A stretch of 64,000 nucleotides of DNA, from contig OZ024740.1 in NCBI GenBank assembly GCA_964016885.1, forward strand, positions 224,316,001 to 224,380,000, written 5' to 3'. Below, piece after piece: positions 26,701 to 38,878 of this stretch (position 1 is its first letter; every line of letters begins with the position of its first letter). This DNA comes from Eledone cirrhosa (lineage: Eukaryota). The position numbers and the translations under genes are program-made. The notes beneath the pieces were generated by a model. That model saw only the letters and a program-made list of their open reading frames with translations, was not told the origin of the DNA and ran no database searches.

Positions 26701-27904
26701 CATGTGTGGATTGGATACAATCCATGACTCATAACAACGTAGACAGGTTGCGATGACAACTGGTGATGACAGCCATAGATAAGAACAAAGTGTTAGAAAT
26801 GTAAGCTAGGTAGCTAGTCAGATATTCTGCTAGATAAAAGACAAACCTGACAACCAAGTGTGAATATATGTATATATATTATTCTTGTGTTTCAATTTTT
26901 CTGTTTATTATTATTATTAATAGTATTAATATTATTATTACTATTATCAACATTGTCATCATCCTCATCACCCTCCTCATTATCATTATTCACACCCTCC
27001 TCGTTACCGTCCTTACCACCTCCACAAACAACAACAGCAACAACACTACCACTACCCCCACCAAAACCACCACCACCACCATCACCACTGCTGTGACAAA
27101 TGTTGCTGCTGCCACCTCTTATACCTCAACTGCTACCACTACCACTACCCAAAACCGCCAAAACCACCAACATCACCGCTGCCACTGCAACCACAATCAC
27201 CATAATCATCATTGATTGCACAAATTCACACACCCACACTTTCTGACACAAGAAAAAAACACAGAATACTAAATTCTAACTTAAAATTCTAAGGAAGTAT
27301 GTTTGTTTTGAAAGCTAATACCATCATTGCTATAATAAATCATTATATTTCTAGTTTTCACACCTTATCATCAATACTATCACCATCAAAATAATTTCTT
27401 TCGTTATCGTTTTAACAAGTCAAATTCTATGTAATCCTGTCTCTGCTGTCTTATTCAAAATACTTCTTTGATGTTAAATGTTTCTAATAGTCCTTGCTCT
27501 TCCCCTCCTTTTTCTCTCATTTCTGGCATTTATAGTCCTTTCCAATACTGTTTTCTTTTTCTGTATGTTTAATCAAATGAAAATGCCTCTAATATCTGCA
27601 AACATATTCCACTATATCAGTCCTTCACTATACTTGTATGTATGTGTGTATGTATGTGTAGGTATGTCTGTATGTATGTATGTGTGTGTGTGTATGTATC
27701 AGTTTATGTATGTATTTTGTGTATTTATGTATATTGACATAGAAAAGGGAATTATTCTGTAAAACTAATAAATGACTAAAGAACATACATATACAAACTA
27801 AGATCTAACTCATTTCAGCATGTAAAATAGGGATGGAGAGGATGATGATATATATATGAGTGTTGTGTGTGCATATGTGTATATATATATGTGTATATAT
27901 ATAT

Positions 27905-28248
27905 GGAGGCACATGGCTTAGTGGTTAGAGCATTGGTCTTGCAATCGAAAGGTTGTGAGTTCAATTCTCAGACCGGGTGATGTGTTGTTTCCTTGAGCAA
28001 GACACTTTATTTCACATTGCTCCAGTTTACTCAGCTGTAGAAATGAGATGACAGGGACTGGGGTCCATATCATTCCACTGCAAAGTGGTCGTGGAGGTGC
28101 CACGGCAAAAAAGCACCCAGCACTCACTGTAAATGAGGTTGGTGTTAGGAAGGGCATCCAGCTGTAGAAATCAAGCCAGAATCAGTTCTCGCCCCACCCT
28201 TGCAAGCAGGGAAAAGCGGACGTAAAATGATGATGATGATGATGATGA
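27905..28248 (+). mobile_element. tRNA-derived SINE (family T), full length with (ATG)n tail
   Basis: Near-identical to 23422-23769. Confidence 0.93.
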
Positions 28249-28443
28249 TATATATATATACTGATAGGAAACAAAGTATTGGGAGAACCCTTTAGTTGTG
28301 TGAAAGATATGACATCCGCCCCTCTACACTAGATAGAACATAAGTCCATATGTAAGCTTCAATACTGATGTGGTGTATGTAGACCTGTCCAAACCTAGCT
28401 GGCAGGAAAGGCAAATGTTAAATGCTGCTGATAGTTTCATATA

Positions 28444-30490
28444 TCATCATCATCATCTTCATCATCATCATCTTCATCATCATCATCATCATCATCATTT
28501 TACGCCCGCTTTTCCCTGCTTGCAAAGGTTGGACGGGTCCTATTCAGCACATCATCTCTCTACTTGTCACGGTCCTTTGTCATCTCCTCGGTGAGTTTCA
28601 GCGATCTTTGGTCTGCTCTCACCACCTCCGCCCATGTTGTTCGTGGTCTACCTCTACTGTGTCTTCCTCCCAATGCTTGGTCATTCAACGCACATTGACA
28701 TTGCACATCCAAGGGGGGAACATACTTGTTTCCTTTCTCTCCAGCCATCTCACTACCATGTAGCATCGTGCATCTCACACAGGCATCATATAACCATCCT
28801 TTCGTACACAGGGACAAACTCTTCTTTGTCAACAGAGGAAGCAGCTCTCTAAACTTCTTCCAACCCGTCCTTATTCTAGACACTATGGCCTTGGAAACCC
28901 TCCCCCCTCCCATGTTAATCTTATCATCTAGGTACATGAAGCTATCAACCACTTCTATAGAACCCACCTGCAATGGAAAAATGTGTCTATCACTGCTGCC
29001 AACTTTCCCAGTACATCTACTGCATACGTAGTTTTACCTACCTGTTAGTTTGCCTGCTATTTCACTACATCTCTTGTGTAACCAAGATCTGCATTGCGTA
29101 CATTTTATAGAATTTATGCCAGTTCGTTTCCTTCATATCGAACATGACCATTTCCCTGATGGAATCAGAGTATTGCCCTCTCTTCTACTTATCAACACTT
29201 TTGTTTTAGCTATGTTTACTCTCAGGCCTCTTGATTCCAACTGCTGTTTCCATAGCCAGAATATATTCTCTAGCTCCTCTACTGATTCTGCTATAAGAAA
29301 CAGGTCATCAGCATAGAGAAGTTCCCATGGGCAGCCAGTCTTAAACTCCTCTGTTATGGCTTGGAGGACTATAAGGAACAAGAGTGGGCTGAGGACCGAA
29401 ACCTGAAATACACATACTTGTATCTGGAATTCCTCACTAAACTCCATTCCTATTCTCACTTTACTGAGCGCACCACTGTACATAGCTTGCACTGTCCTTA
29501 CAAGCCATTCCTCTACACCTAGTTTCCTTAGGGACCACCAGATGACAGATCGGGGTACCCTATCAAAGGCCTTCTCAAGGTCAACAAAAGCTAAGTATAG
29601 CGGATTATTCTTCTCTAAGTTGCCTTACTAAGAAGAGGGCATCTGTTCTACTTTTCTGAGGCACAAAACCAAACTGCATCTCATCTAATTTGACCCTTTC
29701 TCTAATCAGTTGCGCTAATATTCTTTCTACCACTTTCATAACCTGATCCATCAGCTTTATGCACCTATAATTGCTCCTCTCTAGAGCATCCCCTATACCT
29801 TTGTAGCAATTTATGAGAATACTGCTGCACCAGTCTTTGGGTATGACACCACCATATATAGCTTGATTAATGATGCGTGCAATTAGTTTAGTGCCTACTT
29901 CTGATGCCTTCAGCATCTCTGCAAATATCGCCAACGGTCCAGCAGCCTTACCAATTTTCATTTCCTTAATTGCCTCTTGTACCCTATAGTCGTCAATCTC
30001 AATATCTGGTCCCTCTGTCAGGTCTACTGGGGGTAATTTCTCTCTGTTCCATTCATTCTCCACATTCATCAGTCTCCCATAATGACATTTCCAGGCCTCC
30101 TTTTTTTGATCATTCGTGACACTAAGTACATCGGCATCATTCCGGACACACTTATCTCCAACAACATCCTTATTTGCACTGACACACTGCCTTGCAATGG
30201 GAAACACCGCATGTCTCTGATATTCCTATCACAGAACATTGGCAAATCTCCTACTCTCAGCCTCCCTGCATGCTAAGTACACCTGACGTCTAGCTTCTCA
30301 CTTAGCGGCTGTGTATCCTTCTCTACTCCCACCATTTTTCCAAGCCTTCCATGCCAGTCTTTTGTCTCTAATGGCCCTATCTACCGTGCTGTTCCACCAC
30401 CAGGTCACTCTCTGTCTGGTTGAAGCCCTGTCCCAACCACAAGTTTCTTTCTGCAAGTAGCTGCAAGAAATTCCAGTTATCATCTATGTC
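28444..30490 (-). mobile_element. RTE-clade LINE, 5'-truncated and disrupted
   Basis: ORFs 29605-30207 (KAAGP, IPKDW, NYRCIKL, QFGF), 29133-29492 (LSPLLF, YADD) and 28560-28973 (RIRTGWKKFRELLP; RGRPRTTW). (CAT)n tail at 28444-28497. Confidence 0.93.
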
Positions 30491-30799
30491 ATATAACTCT
30501 AAATCGTCTTCTTTTTCGTCATACACATCATGAAGTGCTTTGTTAAATTTATATATAAAACCCTTGATAGCAGGTACAATGGTCGTTTTGATGACAATGA
30601 TGTTGATATAAATAAATGTTCATTTGAATCTGAAAAATGGTGGTTATGTGGCTACTTTCTGTTGTATGAATGTGTACCATTTGCAAGCCTATATGGACAT
30701 ATATTGAAGACCTATATGTATGACAGTGGGGAGAGAACTATTCTATATGGAATGCTCATATGTGCTCTACTATATAACTAACATACATTATTATATGCA

Positions 30800-31248
30800 G
30801 GGCGGTGGATTGGCAGTATCGGTAGAGGGTCGGATGCCATGCTTTCCAGCATAGTTATGTCCCTTTACGATCTGAGTTCAAATCCCGCCGAGGTTGACTT
30901 TGCCTTTCATCCTTACGGGGTCGATAAAATAAAGTACCAGTAATGTACTGGGTATTTGCTGGCCTTGTGCCTAAAGTAGAAACAATTATTATATGCACAG
31001 GTGGATTGGCAGTATCGGTAGAGGGTCGAACGCCATGCTTTGCAGCAAAGAGTTACGGCCCTTTATGGTCTGAGTTCAAATCCCACCGAGGTTAACTTTG
31101 CCTTTCATCCTTATGGGGTCGATAAAATAAAGTACCAGTAATACACTGGATTAATTGATGGCCTTGTGCCTAAAGTAGAAACAATTATTATATGCACAAT
31201 AATGTACCAGTAATACACTTGTGCCAAAACCAGAAACAATTATTATAT

Positions 31249-31250
<2 letters not shown>
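30800..31250 (+). mobile_element. Tandem family-M SINEs: two near-full copies plus a short 3' remnant, separated by the repeated site attattatatgca
   Basis: Copies at ~30801-30983, ~31000-31183 and ~31200-31237. attattatatgca occurs before the first and after each copy. Confidence 0.9.
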
Positions 31251-31296
<46 letters not shown>

Positions 31297-31435
31297 TATA
31301 TATATGCAAAAGTTCTATTTAAATTGTTGGGATACAACAAGTAAATATTTTTATAACTGATATAAAGCGCTCGACAAGTATTTTGAGTAGATATACGATA
31401 TTAACAAATGGAAACTATATTTATAAAACCATATT

Positions 31436-31500
31436 TATTTCATTATGCATATTTCACGGATACCAAGTTAAATTATGGTATGCCTTCATCGGACAAAATA
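31436..31500 (-). ncRNA. Hammerhead ribozyme copy B, core mutated (CCGATGA), probably inactive
   Basis: Minus strand reads tattttgt-CCGATGA-aggcatacca...tggtatccgt-GAAA-tatgca-TA-atgaaata. Confidence 0.6.
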
Positions 31501-32202
31501 CTATATATACCAGTTTTATAAATAAACATTGACGTACCCTTTCAAAATGCGACTGTTACTTTTGGAAGACATCAGGATAGTGGTTTGTTTATTTTAGTAA
31601 ATCGTAATATGTATATTCCATTCATGAATATTAATATTTCTAATTTTATTTATTCATTTCATCTCAATTGTTAACTCAACTTAATATGACATGACTTAAG
31701 GCTTTTGTTCTCTCCCCCTCTCTCTATCTCTATATTTCTCTCTCTTGAGTTTTTTCTCTCTGTCTGGTGGTTTGATATCTCTCTGTTGTTTTCCTCTGTT
31801 TTCTTTTCCTCTGTTTTCTTTTTTTCTTTTTTCTTTTTTTTTTTTTTTCTTTTTTCTTTTTTCTTTTTTCTTTTTTATTTTTACTTTTTTTTTTTTTATT
31901 TTTTCTTTTTTCTTTTTTCTTTTTTCTTTTTTCTTATTTTTCTTTTTTCTTTTTTCTTTTTTCTTTTTTCTTTTTTCTTTTTTCTTTTTTCTTTTTTCTT
32001 TTTTCTTTTTCCTTTCCTCTTTTTCTTTATTTATCTCTCCCTTTCTTTTCTCCACGTTTCTCTCTCTCTCTCCGTCTTTTTACTTATCCTTAACACTACG
32101 ATTTACTAAAATAAACAAACCACTATCCTGATGTCTTCCAAAAGTAACGGTCGCATTTTGAAAGGGTATGTCAATGTTTATTTATAAAACTGGTATATAT
32201 TG

Positions 32203-32267
32203 TATTTTGTCTGATGAAGGCATACCATAATTTAACTTGGTATCCTTGAAATATGTATAATGAAATA
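32203..32267 (+). ncRNA. Minimal type I hammerhead ribozyme, copy C
   Basis: tattttgt-CTGATGA-aggcatacca-taatttaact-tggtatcctt-GAAA-tatgta-TA-atgaaata. Predicted cleavage after 32259. Confidence 0.78.
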
Positions 32268-32306
32268 AATATGGTTTTATAAATATAGTTTCCATTTGTT
32301 AATATC

Positions 32307-32346
<40 letters not shown>

Positions 32347-32348
32347 AT

Positions 32349-32507
32349 GTGGTTGGTGTTAGGAAGGGCATCCAGCTGTAGAAAACCCGCCAGACAGTCC
32401 TATGCGATCAAGACAACCACTCTTGCCTCAAGTGGGAAAACCCCCGTCCAAACCCATGCAAGCGGGGAACAGGGACGTTAAACGATGATGATGATGATGA
32501 TGATGAT
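32349..32507 (+). mobile_element. 3' fragment of a related SINE subfamily with (ATG)n tail
   Basis: ggttggtgttaggaagggcatccagctgtagaaa...cccatgcaagcggggaacagggacgttaaac(gat)n. Confidence 0.8.
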
Positions 32508-32670
32508 ATATATGTAAAATTTAATTTATAACATATGTACATATATATATGTTATACATTTTATTTTACACCAAAAAGAAAAACACTATATAGTCCTGTA
32601 CTGCATTCAATGTTTTCTTAATGTGAGCCCTGTGTGGTTAATAAAGAAATCATTATTATACGCAAATATA

Positions 32671-32856
32671 GGTGGTGGATTGGCAGTATTGGTAGAGTGT
32701 CAGATGCCATGCTTTGGCGCATAGAGTTACGGCCCTTGCCATTCTGAGTTCAAATCTCGCCGAGGTTAACTTTGCCTTTCATCCTTACGGGGTCGATAAA
32801 ATAAAGTACCAGTAATACACTGGGTAATTGCTGGCCTTGTGCCTAACATAGAAACA
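32671..32856 (+). mobile_element. Family-M SINE with 19-bp target-site duplication
   Basis: attattatacgcaaatata at 32652-32670 and again at 32857-32875. Confidence 0.92.
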
Positions 32857-32884
32857 ATTATTATACGCAAATATATTTATCTTT

Positions 32885-33222
32885 GAAGGTGCATATGGCT
32901 TAGTATTTAAAGTGTTGGTGTTGCAATTGGGAGGTTGTGAGTTCAATTCTCGGACCGGATGATTTATTGTGTTCTTAAGAAAAATACTTTATTTCACTTT
33001 GCCCTTGTTTTCTCAGTTGTAGAAATGAGTTGTGATGTCACTGGTGTCAAGCTGTATTGGCCATTGCCTTTCCCTTGGACAACATAGCATGGAGAAGCGA
33101 GACTGGCATGCATGGGGGATTCTGGTCTTCCACAAACACATATTTCCCAGGCTTGTGCTTTAGAGGGGAACATTCTAGGTGCAAATCACATGGTCATTTC
33201 ATGACTGAAGAGGGTCTTACAC
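32885..33222 (+). mobile_element. tRNA-derived SINE with family-T-like head and a different 3' half (family T2)
   Basis: tggcttagt...gagttcaattctc...ctttatttcac...ctcagttgtagaaatgag, then ttgcctttcccttggacaac... shared with the minus-strand copy at 52235-52505. Confidence 0.75.
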
Positions 33223-33882
33223 TATTATATTTACCAGGCATTGTTTTTTTTCCCTCATTGTGTACATATGTTTGAACATGGGAAAATATTGTTTCAACTT
33301 CTGAACCATAATGGATACAAAGACAAAATGTACATGTTCGTGTAGATAAATAGAGGTAGCTGTGAGTGGTTAATATATTGCATAGATCGTATCTTTGAGT
33401 TTCTGTACTACATTTATATGAAGTGTCTTATATTAGAAATATGGTAATGAAAGCATTAATCTTAAAATTCTGTGATTGCTTGCTTGCTTGTCTGTAACGT
33501 AAATTAGTCAAAAGGGCACATAATTGGAAAATACTTTGAAAGGATGTTGCCCCAGAAATGGGAATATAAATGGAATAAAACAAGTTTCGCGTAAATCAGA
33601 CTACGGGTTCCCAAGATATGGGGTTTTTCCTGGTACCTTCATAAACAAAGGGAGAGAAAGATAGAGAGAAAGAGATAGTGGTTGTGAGAGAGTAGATTGA
33701 AAGAGAGACATAGAAAGACGGAGAGGGGACAGAGAAGGAGAATGGAAGAGAGAGAGCTGGTGGGTTTGTTGTGTATATATATATATTTGAGTGTGTGTAT
33801 ATATATATATGCATGTGTATATGTGTGTGTGTGTGTCTCTGACCAGTGTATATAGATCACAGACCCACACATATATATATCT

Positions 33883-33934
<52 letters not shown>

Positions 33935-35180
33935 ATACAAACACACACATTTATATATGGGCCTTCCAGTTTCATTTCATATTATGCACATGTCTGTGTA
34001 TATTTTAATTATTTAAAAATTATTTTTAAGTGAACATGATTTTTAAAAAAATATTTTGAAGTGAACATAACCCAATGGGTCCCAAGTGGTCTACTGTATT
34101 TTTAAAATGAGGTTATTCAGGATTACCAATGTGATTCCTTAAGGTCTGTTACTTTCCACACCGACTAACCAGTAACAGTAAAAAAAACTGGAAAATATCA
34201 AAATCATCAATATATATTTTAGTGGTCTAAGGAAGAAAGATTTTTCTGTATTGACAACTAACTTATAGAGTTATCAAATAAGCCAAAATATATTTAAATA
34301 AGTTTTGCAATCCTAGACAAAAACATATATTTGGCAGTTCTTTGAATCTCACCAAGCACAAAGTTATTTATATACTGGTTAAAAAAAATATGAGATAAAA
34401 GCGAAAACTATTATTGTATCATTCTAGATGCAAATAGGTAAATATGTTGGCAGCAGTGTTGGTGATGGTAGTGGTGGTATAGGTCAAGGTGCCAATAAAG
34501 AAATTAGTAAGTTAAATTGTAGTAGTAATGGTTATGATAGCAATGTTTGTTATGATGATATGGTGATGGTAACTATACTGATAATAATAGTATTGTTGAT
34601 GTCAATGATGATGATACTGATGATACTGATGTTGATGTTGGTGATGCTGGTGGTGGTAGTAAGAGGTGATGATGATTTATTGATTGACAAAGTCAGGAAT
34701 ATCAATATCAATATGGCGTGTTAATCTAAATCACTTTGATGTTAAAAACACGAATATGTCCAACTAATTTTATTACTGTTGGAAACCGTTTATATAAGTT
34801 GCATCGTGAAACAATAAAAAACTACAAAATCAACAAACAAACAGAAGTATTACACCAATACATGAAACATGACTGCTATGATCGAATTAATGTTCAATAC
34901 CTTATAATATATATATTTACTTGGACAGATACAAGTATTTGAAGGCTTTCATTTCTTAAAATTTTTTGTGCATGTTTTGTTGGGGCAGGGGTATTTGAAA
35001 CTCCATTTCAATTTTCAGAACCTCAATTTGTTTCCCTGTTTCATCAGAAATAGCAATTTCACAAACAATTATTTACCAGCATGTCAAAATCTATATGCCT
35101 TTAAGGCTGAATAGAAATATATATATATATATGATATTGAATATAATATATATATATATGACATACACACACACTCACAT

Positions 35181-35214
<34 letters not shown>

Positions 35215-35655
35215 ATGAGAGAGAGAGCCAGATAGATTAATAAATACAAATAAAAAAAATAATGAAGTTATTAAAAAAAAAGGGAAAAATCTATCAACTT
35301 GACAGGATTGTCACAGAGTCACTGCAAGACATAGACATCAAAGGCTCATGATAAAGATAAAGGAGGAAAGTTTTTGGAATCAGTAGTAATAAAACAGGTA
35401 AACTACAAATAAATTCAATAATTTTCTTCTAGAAAATTCAACAGTAAGGAGTTGAAACAGATTTCCTTTAACTTCCTTTTATTTGTCAATTTCTTTTATC
35501 ATTCATCATTATTCTCATCACTGCCTCCTTGATCCACCATAATCACCATCCCCATCATCTTCTTTACCCCCACAATGATTATTATTGTTAGTATTATTAT
35601 TGCTGTTGTTGCTGTTATTATTATTATTATTATTATAATTATTATTATTATTATT

Positions 35656-38340
35656 GTTCTTTGCGTCTCAGTCATTGATGTTATTGAAATGGAAAGTTTG
35701 TTGAAATGAATATCAAGCCACTACCTGCAGCCTCAGATATTCAGGACATATCGGAGGGTCCTTGCTGTTCCCAGCAAGCATGCCTTTTGAAGTGTTCCAA
35801 AAAGCGGGGCGGGACCAATTTTCTTTAACCATCTTTGGAAACTCTTTGAGATAGTCCCTAGTGCGCCTATGACAATCGGGACCACTTTGACTTCATGGCA
35901 GTTCCAAATCCTTTTTAGCTCCCACTTTAAGCCCTGCTATCGGTTAATTTTCTCCCTCTCCTTCTCTTGCACTCTCGTGTCAAATAGGCAGGCCACATCC
36001 ACAATCAGGCACAATCTTTTTTCCTTGTCCAAAACCACCAGGTCAGGTCTATTGTGTTCCAGTTTCTTGTCCGTCTGTATCCTAAAATCCCACAGCATTT
36101 TCACCTGATCGTTTTCTATCACCGACTCTGGCTTATGCTCAGAATGTGGTAAATTGTTTACTTTGCATAGGTGCCAGTGGATCACCCTGCCCATCACATC
36201 ATGTCTCCAGCCTTTATAGTGAGTCTGGGCTAGGTGTTTACACTCAGATACAAAGTGAGCCAGAGTCTCCTCTCTCTCTCCACAGATCCTACACAGTGGT
36301 CTAGCCTCCTCCTTGTAAATATGGTGTTTCACCCACTGCGTTTTGAGGGCCTGCTCTTTCGCAGCCATTAGCATTCCTTCTGTAGCCTTTTTAAGGTCTC
36401 CTCTTTTCAACCAGTTCCATGTCAGTGGATCTCTAAATTCAGTTTTCTCAAAGAAGGTATTATGAAGGGATTTTTTATGAAGGCTGCTCTTCCACCTTGT
36501 TGTTATTTCCTCCTTGGACATCTTCTGGTCTATTGTCCTCTCCTTCAGTACAATTCTGAGCATTGGCTCCCTACTATCAGTCACGTATTTGTGTAGGTTA
36601 TTTTTCTCCACCTGAACACAGTCCTCTATGCTGATAAGACCTCTTCCACCTTCATATCTCCTTGAGTAGAGTCTATCGCCATTACTCCTCTTGTGGAACA
36701 TGTTGTAGATAGTCAATAGCTTCCTAGTCTTCCTATCCATTTCATTTTGTTCAGGAACATTCCATCTCAGAATTCCCGCACTGTACCTGATAATAGACAC
36801 AGCTCAGGAATTTACTGCACTTATGGCATTCCTACTGTTCAGATATGATTTTAATACTCTCCGAATGTATTTAGATCTTATCAATTCCTTCATTCTTGAT
36901 GTCATCAGCCTCCAGAACACCTAAATATTTGTATCCTTCTTCAGTGTCAATTTCCTTTATCACCTGTTGGTACCTGGATTCCGTTGGTTCTGCTCAATTT
37001 ACTGCTCTTCATCACTAGGACTCCACACTTACTAATACCAAATTGCATACATATATCATTGCTGAAAATACGGACAGTGTCAACAAGCACATCCAACTCC
37101 TTCTCACTCTTCCCAAAGAGCTTAAGATCGTCCATGAAGAGGAGGTGATTGATGGTAAGCTCTCCCTTTCCCAACTTGTATCCTGCTCTCACTTTTCGTA
37201 GTATAATGGTCAGGGGAATCAGGGCAAGGACAAACAACAGAGGGGACAAACTATCTCCCTGGAAGATACCTCTCTTGATCTTAACACCTTCAAAGGATTC
37301 TCCACCCGATGTTAACTCTGTTTTCCAGGACTTCATACTTTTGCTCAACTGATGTTATCTGCCACCTTGAAGATCTCTAGGCTTTTGGTTATCCAAGAAT
37401 GAGGTACCATGTCGAATGCCTTTTTGTAGTCTATCCATCCCATGGCAAGACCAGTGTGACCCTCTTGCAATTCTTCATTACCATCTTATCAATATAATAT
37501 AATCCTTTGTACCACGGGACTTCTTTCGGCATCCTTTCTGTTCGTCCGGTAACAAGTTTTTTATGTGGAGGTGATGGTAGATTTCCTCAGACACAATTCT
37601 TGTTAACAGTTTCCACATTACGGACAGACATATGATAGGTCTATAGTTGGTAACATCATTACCCTTGATTTAGTCTTTCATTACCAGAACTGTGGTACCT
37701 TTTGTCAACCACTCTGGTACCTCACCTGACATCAAGCAGTCATTGAACATGGTTGTCAGTTTCGGGTGGAGGGATGTTATATTTTTAATCCAATACCCCT
37801 GCACACCATCTGGGCCTGGTGATTTCCAGTTGGTTAGTTTTCTGGCCTGCCCCTTAAGAGTTTCAACTGTGATACTCAAATCAATTTGTTGGTGTGCCTG
37901 TTCACTAATCTCCTTTGGTACTGTTTCAATCCACACTGCCTGATCATTATGTTTAACATCCTGCTCCCATATTCCTCTCCAGAATGTTGTAGTCCGTTCC
38001 GCCTCAGGGATCAAGTCGTTGCCTCTTTCTTTCCCTTCAAGCTGTCCAAACAACATCTTCTGGTTGTTGTCAAACATGCGGCTCTCTCTGTACTGACTGA
38101 CTCTGCTCTCGTATCGCCTAATATTTGCGCTCTTTGCTACAATGTATTGCATCAGTTCCTCTATGATAATATTTAGCTTTTTCCTCCTAGTTTTGTACTT
38201 TATTTCCAGTCTATTTTTAGTGTCTATGTCTTGTAGTGTCCCATTCACTAGGGACTCAAGCTTTCCAATGTCATTTCTCATTTCCCTGATTTGACCATTC
38301 AGTCGTTTCTTTCACCATCTTTCTTGTTTGTTGTTTCCTC
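35656..38340 (-). mobile_element. R4/Dong-like RLE non-LTR retrotransposon, family A copy 1 (5'-truncated, frameshifted)
   Basis: WKSPGPDGVQGYW; RGIFQGDSLSPLLF; HLLFMDDLKL; CRICGEREETLAHFVSEC; RHD; RPDLVV..LIVDVA; C-terminus LLGTARTLRYVLNI. Flanked by (ATT)n on both sides. Confidence 0.92.
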
Positions 38341-38357
38341 ATTATTATTATTATTAT

Positions 38358-38421
38358 TCGATAAAATAAAGTACCAGTAATGCACTGGGTAATTGCTGGC
38401 CTTGTGCCAAACGTAGAAACG
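38358..38421 (+). mobile_element. Family-M SINE 3' fragment between (ATT)n tracts
   Basis: cgataaaataaagtaccagtaatgcactgggtaattgctggccttgtgccaaacgtagaaac. Confidence 0.9.
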
Positions 38422-38445
38422 ATTATTATTATTATTATTATTATT

Positions 38446-38851
38446 GTTCTTTGAGTCTCAGTCATTGATGTTGGTTAACTGGAAAGTTTGTTGAAATGAA
38501 TATCAAGCCACTACCTGCAGCCTCAGATATTCAGGACGCATCTGAGGGTTCTTGCTGTTCCAAGCAAGCATGCCTTTTGAAGTGTTCCAAAAAGCGGGGC
38601 GGGGCCAATTTTCTTTAACCATCCCTGGAAACTCTTTGAGATAGAACCTAGTGCGCCTATGACAATCTGGACCACTTTGACTTCATGGCAGTTCCAAATC
38701 CTTTTTAGCTCCCACTTTAAGTCCTGGTATCGGTTAATTTTCTCCCTCTCCTTCTCTTGCACTCTCGTGTCGGAATGGGCAGGCCACATCCACAATCAGG
38801 CACGATCTTTTTTCCTTGTCCAAAACCACCAGGTGAGGTCCATTGTGTTCC
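38446..38851 (-). mobile_element. R4/Dong-like family A copy 2 (3'-terminal ~400 bp)
   Basis: ORF 38523-38795 EKINRYQDLKWELKRIW...LLGTARTLR. Same 3' UTR as copy 1. (ATT)n on both sides. Confidence 0.92.
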
Positions 38852-38878
38852 ATTATTATTATTATTATTATTATTATT

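Larger units (their letters stand above)
31391..32312. mobile_element. 216-bp inverted arms (31391-31606 / 32097-32312) around a pyrimidine-rich spacer; Penelope-type 3' end with inverted pseudo-LTR
   Basis: Arms are reverse complements with few mismatches. Each is homologous to the hammerhead-bearing terminus at 7826-8005. Followed by (TA)n. Confidence 0.8.

Noticed and set aside
24670-26810. Small host-gene exons (AG/GT-bounded open stretches near 24680-24755, 25160-25410 and 26680-26745)
   Set aside because: No recognisable protein similarity and no consistent strand or phase. Expected by chance.
31696-32131. Lys/Phe-rich ORFs and other low-complexity ORFs (YIYI, poly-S/R/H/I)
   Set aside because: Translations of microsatellites and simple repeats.
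31391-32312. MITE or DNA transposon with long TIRs
   Set aside because: The same arm occurs singly at 7826 (downstream of a GIY-YIG ORF) and at 63255 and contains a hammerhead, which favours a Penelope inverted terminus.
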